A stretch of DNA of 63,982 bases, filler included, from Candidatus Fermentibacterota bacterium (lineage in GTDB: Bacteria; JAFGKV01): NCBI GenBank assembly GCA_016928395.1. It is 6 parts of 6 records of this genome, joined end to end, with 100 filler letters (N's around TTAATTAATTAA, not from the genome) between each part and the next. Parts side by side here need not be neighbours in the genome. Positions count along the whole stretch, not along the records: positions 60,220 to 63,982 come from JAFGKV010000146.1; 5 more parts are not named here. One strand, 5' to 3'. The notes under the pieces are model-generated. The model was not told the origin of the DNA. It saw nothing but the letters and a program-made list of their open reading frames with translations, and made no database searches. Within the stretch, counting starts at the first letter, position 1. Every line of letters starts with the position of its first letter. The position numbers and the translations under genes were made by a program. Of this stretch, positions 60,228-63,982 are shown piece by piece.

Positions 60228-61349
60228 GTGTCGGTGCGACGGTGCCTGCTGTGGGTTGCCGCAATGATCATGTGGTATCCGCGAGGGGGGATGGCGTCCG
60301 TTCTGGAGGCCATCGATACCCCAAACGATCATGGCAACACGGTGAGACTCTCCTGGGTTCTGTGGCCCGAACGGGAAGCAGATCGATACCTGATCCTCCG
60401 CTCTTCATCGGAAAGCGGCCCGTTTGATACACTGGCCGTACTCCCGGCATCGGCGCGTGGATTCGAGGATTCCGCCGACCTGATCAATGGCCACACCTAT
60501 TACTACCGGCTGATCGCCCAGGCTGGGGACGATACCTGGGAGTATAGCCCTGCCTCCGCTATCCCCTCGGCCCAGTGGTTCCATCGTGGCAAGGCCGTCG
60601 TCCTGGTTTTCAGCGTCTTCTTTGCAGCCATCGTTCTCCTCATGATTCACAATGCCAGGCGAGGCATAAAGCTCTACGTGCGCCCCATCGCAGGCATCGG
60701 CGCTGTGGATGAAGCCATCGGCCGGGCCACGGAAATGGGCAAACCCATCCTGTTTGTCCCTGGCATCGGCGAGGCCTCGGAGGTTGCCACCATTGCCGCC
60801 TTCACCGTGCTGGGACGCGTGGCGAAACGTACGGCTGAGTACGGCACCAGGCTTGTCGTGCCCAATACCTATGCGACGGTGATGATCATCGCCCAGGAGG
60901 TTGTCAAAGCGGCATGCATTAATGCAGGGAGGCCAGAGGCGTATCAAGAGCGCGACGTATTCTACGTCACCTCGGAGCAATTCCCCTTCACCGCAGCCGT
61001 GAACGGGCTCATGCTTCGCGAGAAGCCGGCAACGAATTTCTACTTGGGCAAGTTTTACGCTGAATCTCTTATTCTGGCGGAGACGGGCTTCCAGGCCGGG
61101 TCCATCCAGATCGCCGGGACCGACGAGTTGACACAGATTCCCTTCTTCGTGGCGGCATGCGATTACACCCTCATGGGCGAGGAACTCTACGCCGCCAGTG
61201 CCTACCTCTCCAATGATCCTCTGCAATTGGGCACCCTCAAGGCCCAGGACATTGCAAAACTGGTCGTGGTGGCTCTCATCGTCGCCGGCACCCTTGCTAC
61301 CACATTCGGCACCGATTTCGTGGTACGACTTCTGGACATCGTGCAGTGA
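60228..61349 (+). CDS. FN3 domain + DUF6754-like membrane protein
   Basis: DTPNDHG..LSW..YYYR FN3; TM; RPIAG..A..EAIGRATEMG.P, AESLILAE, QIAGT, PFF..CDY..GEELYAASAY. Confidence 0.75.
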   Translation: MSVRRCLLWVAAMIMWYPRGGMASVLEAIDTPNDHGNTVRLSWVLWPEREADRYLILRSSSESGPFDTLAVLPASARGFEDSADLINGHTYYYRLIAQAGDDTWEYSPASAIPSAQWFHRGKAVVLVFSVFFAAIVLLMIHNARRGIKLYVRPIAGIGAVDEAIGRATEMGKPILFVPGIGEASEVATIAAFTVLGRVAKRTAEYGTRLVVPNTYATVMIIAQEVVKAACINAGRPEAYQERDVFYVTSEQFPFTAAVNGLMLREKPATNFYLGKFYAESLILAETGFQAGSIQIAGTDELTQIPFFVAACDYTLMGEELYAASAYLSNDPLQLGTLKAQDIAKLVVVALIVAGTLATTFGTDFVVRLLDIVQ

Positions 61350-61975
61350 AGCGCCAACTCCCGGTTTTCCTCACCTTCATCTGCGCATTTGTCCTCACGG
61401 TGCAGTTCTTCGTCCCCCACCGCACCTTCGAGCAGGCATACGAGGTCTCGAACATCTGGCTGCAGATCCTGGGGGTATTCACGATCCTGATCGGCATCCT
61501 GAGCCTCGTTGAGTCGCATCTTCAGAAGATCCGGCGCCGTCAAGCCCAATGGCAGTACAGCATTATCACCATCGTCGGGCTCTTGGTGACCGTCGCGGGA
61601 GGGCTGTTCGGCTCGGTGGAGGCTGGGAGCCGCGGGGTCTTCATGTGGATGTACAATAGCGTACTGAATCCCATCTCCGCGACGATGTTCAGTCTCTTGG
61701 CCTTTTTCATCGCCTCGGCGGCGTTTCGTGCATTCAGGGTCAGGAGCGCCCTTTCCACTATCCTGCTTCTTGCGGCCGCATTCGTGATGCTCGGGCGGGT
61801 TCCGTTGGGTGACCGGATGAGCGCAGGGCTGTTTCCCGCCATTGCCGATTGGCTCCTGAACGTGCCCAATGTGGCGGCGAAGCGGGCCATCCTCATCGGG
61901 ATCGGCCTGGGCGAGGCATCCATGGCGTTGCGGGTCATGCTGGGCATCGAGCGCAGCTACATGGCGGGGGATTGA
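61346..61975 (+). CDS. Conserved polytopic membrane protein
   Basis: About 6 TMs; TMFSLLAFFIASAAFRAFR, RAILIG..LG, LRVMLGIER; GTGA overlap with the upstream gene. Confidence 0.8.
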   Translation: MKRQLPVFLTFICAFVLTVQFFVPHRTFEQAYEVSNIWLQILGVFTILIGILSLVESHLQKIRRRQAQWQYSIITIVGLLVTVAGGLFGSVEAGSRGVFMWMYNSVLNPISATMFSLLAFFIASAAFRAFRVRSALSTILLLAAAFVMLGRVPLGDRMSAGLFPAIADWLLNVPNVAAKRAILIGIGLGEASMALRVMLGIERSYMAGD

Positions 61976-61976
61976 T

Positions 61977-62801
61977 GTGCGCGCGCTGATGGTCAAGATC
62001 GCCACCATGGATCGTCGTATCATCTTCCTGCTCTTGGCCCTGGCTTTGGTGCTGCCGCTGCTCTTCCCTGTGAAGCTGCCCGTGCGCGTCACGCCCGAGG
62101 TTCAGACGGTCTATGACATGGTCGACGGGCTACAGCCCGGCGATGTCATCCTCCTCGACATGGACTATGGCCCCGATACCATGGCCGAGCTGGAGCCCAT
62201 GGCCTACTCTATCATGCGGCATGTGTTCGATCGGGGGGCGCGATTCGTGTCAACCTGCCTGTCGGCGACCGGGGTCAGTCTCATTGAAACCGAAATCCGC
62301 CACATCGCCACGGAAAAAGGGAAAGTCTACGGGGAAGACTATGTGTTCCTGGGCTACCGGCCCTACCCAGGGGCGGTCATCCTTTCCATGGGGCAGAACA
62401 TGCGCCAGTCATTCCCGATAGATTTCTACAATACCCCGCTGGACAGCCTGCCCCTCATGAAGGGAATCCGCAACTACGCCGACCTGCGCTTCGTCATTTC
62501 GGTCAGCGCCACCAGCGGCGTCGACTACTGGATCATGTACGGGCATGAACGCTACAACTTTCCCTTGGCACTGGGTGTTACCGCGGTCATGGCGGCAGAC
62601 TACTACAACTACCTTCAATCGGGGCAGATCGAGGGGATCCTGGGAGGTCTCAAAGGCGCCGCGGAGTACGAAACGCTCCTAAACCAGGGCGATCGCGCCA
62701 TCATCTGGATGAACATCCAATCAATCTGTCACCTGGTCATCGTGGCGTTCATCATTATAGGCAATGTAGCCTACTTAGCGACAAGAAAGCAGCACGTGTG
62801 A
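61977..62801 (+). CDS. Conserved membrane-anchored alpha/beta protein
   Basis: DRRIIF TM, DYGP..AEL.P, YGEDYVFLGY, SGQ..G.LGGLKGAAEYE, C-terminal TM. Confidence 0.8.
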   Translation: MRALMVKIATMDRRIIFLLLALALVLPLLFPVKLPVRVTPEVQTVYDMVDGLQPGDVILLDMDYGPDTMAELEPMAYSIMRHVFDRGARFVSTCLSATGVSLIETEIRHIATEKGKVYGEDYVFLGYRPYPGAVILSMGQNMRQSFPIDFYNTPLDSLPLMKGIRNYADLRFVISVSATSGVDYWIMYGHERYNFPLALGVTAVMAADYYNYLQSGQIEGILGGLKGAAEYETLLNQGDRAIIWMNIQSICHLVIVAFIIIGNVAYLATRKQHV

Positions 62802-63457
62802 TGCATCTGTCCACCGATCCCGGCGTCTGGGTCGCCTCGTTTCTGACCCTGTGCATCTTCTCCTTCCTCTATCGTGACAACATCTTCTATCGCGTTGCCG
62901 AATACCTCGTCGTCGGTGTGTCGGCAGGATACTGGCTCGTGATCCTCCTTCGGCAGACATTCGTTCCCTATTTCATTCATCCGGTGTTTCGCGACCACAA
63001 CTGGAACGTGGTGCCCGGCCCCGTAGGCATCTTCCTCCTGCTCGTTGCGGCCTTGCTTGGCCTTCTGATCTTCACCCGCTACAGCCGGCGCTATTCCTGG
63101 CTTGCCCGGATCCCCATCGCCATCATCTGGGGCATCGGCGCGGGTTTCGTGGTGCCGCTCTCCCTGCAGACCAAGGTAATCCGTCAAGTCCAGGCCAGCA
63201 TGATCGACCTGCGAACCCTCAACACCTGGGCCGGCATCAACAGCCTGCTGGTAGTCATTGGGGTCATCAGCGGCATCACCTACTTCTTCTTTTCCAAGCC
63301 TCACCGCGGCGCGGTAGGCGCCGTGGCCCGCGTCGGCGTGTGGACCCTCATGATCGGCTTCGGCGCCACCTTCGGTTTTACCGTCATGGCCCGCATATCC
63401 CTTCTGATCGGCCGGGCCGACTTCCTGTTTCGAACCTGGTTGGGCATAATCCAATAG
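62801..63457 (+). CDS. Conserved polytopic membrane protein
   Basis: LTL.IFSFLYRDN..YR.AE...VG..AGY, YFFF, GATFG..VM.R.SLL..R; about 6-7 TMs. Confidence 0.8.
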   Translation: MHLSTDPGVWVASFLTLCIFSFLYRDNIFYRVAEYLVVGVSAGYWLVILLRQTFVPYFIHPVFRDHNWNVVPGPVGIFLLLVAALLGLLIFTRYSRRYSWLARIPIAIIWGIGAGFVVPLSLQTKVIRQVQASMIDLRTLNTWAGINSLLVVIGVISGITYFFFSKPHRGAVGAVARVGVWTLMIGFGATFGFTVMARISLLIGRADFLFRTWLGIIQ

Positions 63458-63501
63458 CGCGCTGAGCCCGCGGCGCTCGCAGTTGTCGGCCCTCAGCCGT
63501 C

Positions 63502-63527
63502 GTAGGGGCGATCGTCTCTGGTCGCCC
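63502..63527 (+). repeat. REP-like element GTAGGGGCGA..TCGCCC
   Basis: GTAG tetranucleotide followed by the GGGCGA/TCGCCC hairpin. Confidence 0.6.
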
Positions 63528-63539
63528 ACCGGGGCGGGG

Positions 63540-63615
63540 TCGCTATCGCTATCGCTATCGCTATCGGTATCGTAGTCGGCATCGCTATCGGTATCGCTGT
63601 CGTAATCGTAATCGA
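63540..63615. repeat. Degenerate hexamer tandem repeat (ATCGCT/ATCGGT/ATCGTA)
   Basis: Read directly; about 12 units. Confidence 0.85.
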
Positions 63616-63760
63616 CGGGTCGGGGATCCGGGCACCACGCGAGTTCTGCCTGCTCTCTCACACACGTGGGGGCCCCGGGCCAGCCCGGACGATACGTGCT
63701 GCAACTTCCGGTGCCGCGGCGGGACGCTACCGCCTAGGGTTGGGGTTCAAACCCCTCACC

Positions 63761-63865
63761 CCTCACTCCTCACTCCTCACTCCTCACTCCTCACTCCTCA
63801 CTCCTCACTCCTATCTCCTCACTCCTATCTCCTCACTCCTCACTCCTCACTCCTATCTCCTTACT
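63761..63865. repeat. Heptamer tandem repeat (CCTCACT)n with CCTATCT variants
   Basis: 15 consecutive 7-bp units. Confidence 0.95.
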
Positions 63866-63982
63866 CATTCTGTGCCTTTGAGGTGAATTGCCTTCCTCTG
63901 TGGTCTCTGTGCCTCTGTGGTGAGGTCTCCCTTTGCGCGCTTGGCGGCTTGGCGTGAGACTCACGTCTTCGTGCCCTTCATG

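Noticed and set aside
62771-63661. Minus-strand ORF with a DSDSDSD tract resembling SD-repeat adhesins
   Set aside because: It is a translation of the intergenic hexamer repeat plus the antisense of a real membrane gene.
63761-63865. Possible CRISPR array
   Set aside because: The units are contiguous 7-mers with no spacers, and there are no cas genes in the window.

Overview
The window is high-GC bacterial DNA made of six scaffold pieces joined by artificial 100-bp spacers (N44-TTAATTAATTAA-N44), so gene adjacency across gaps is not trustworthy. The gene content (TonB-dependent receptor, PorV/PorQ-like barrels, T9SS-type C-terminal domains, gingipain C25, GWxTD, LpxH) suggests a diderm FCB-affiliated bacterium, probably from a candidate phylum (inference). 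Housekeeping genes include trmFO, xerC, rarA, ddl, era, pyk, a pseudouridine synthase and two PLP aminotransferases. There is also a TolC/MacA/ABC exporter and a wza-wzc polysaccharide locus containing a PorV-like barrel and three alkaline-phosphatase-superfamily enzymes. The best novelty candidates are: (1) a TBDR + CTD-bearing partner + PorV + lipoprotein operon with no SusD, in which receptor and partner share 16-aa DxDGDG repeats; (2) a ~90-aa C-terminal FN3-like 'GEFDF' domain shared by a gingipain and an unrelated small secreted protein, a candidate sorting/anchoring signal; (3) a four-gene DUF6754-type membrane complex; (4) an MprF-type TM domain fused to a Thr-nucleophile sulfatase-fold domain; (5) a DUF559 nuclease bounded by inverted repeats; (6) an M23-like gene split by a single in-frame TAG. 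No rRNA, tRNA or CRISPR array was recognised.
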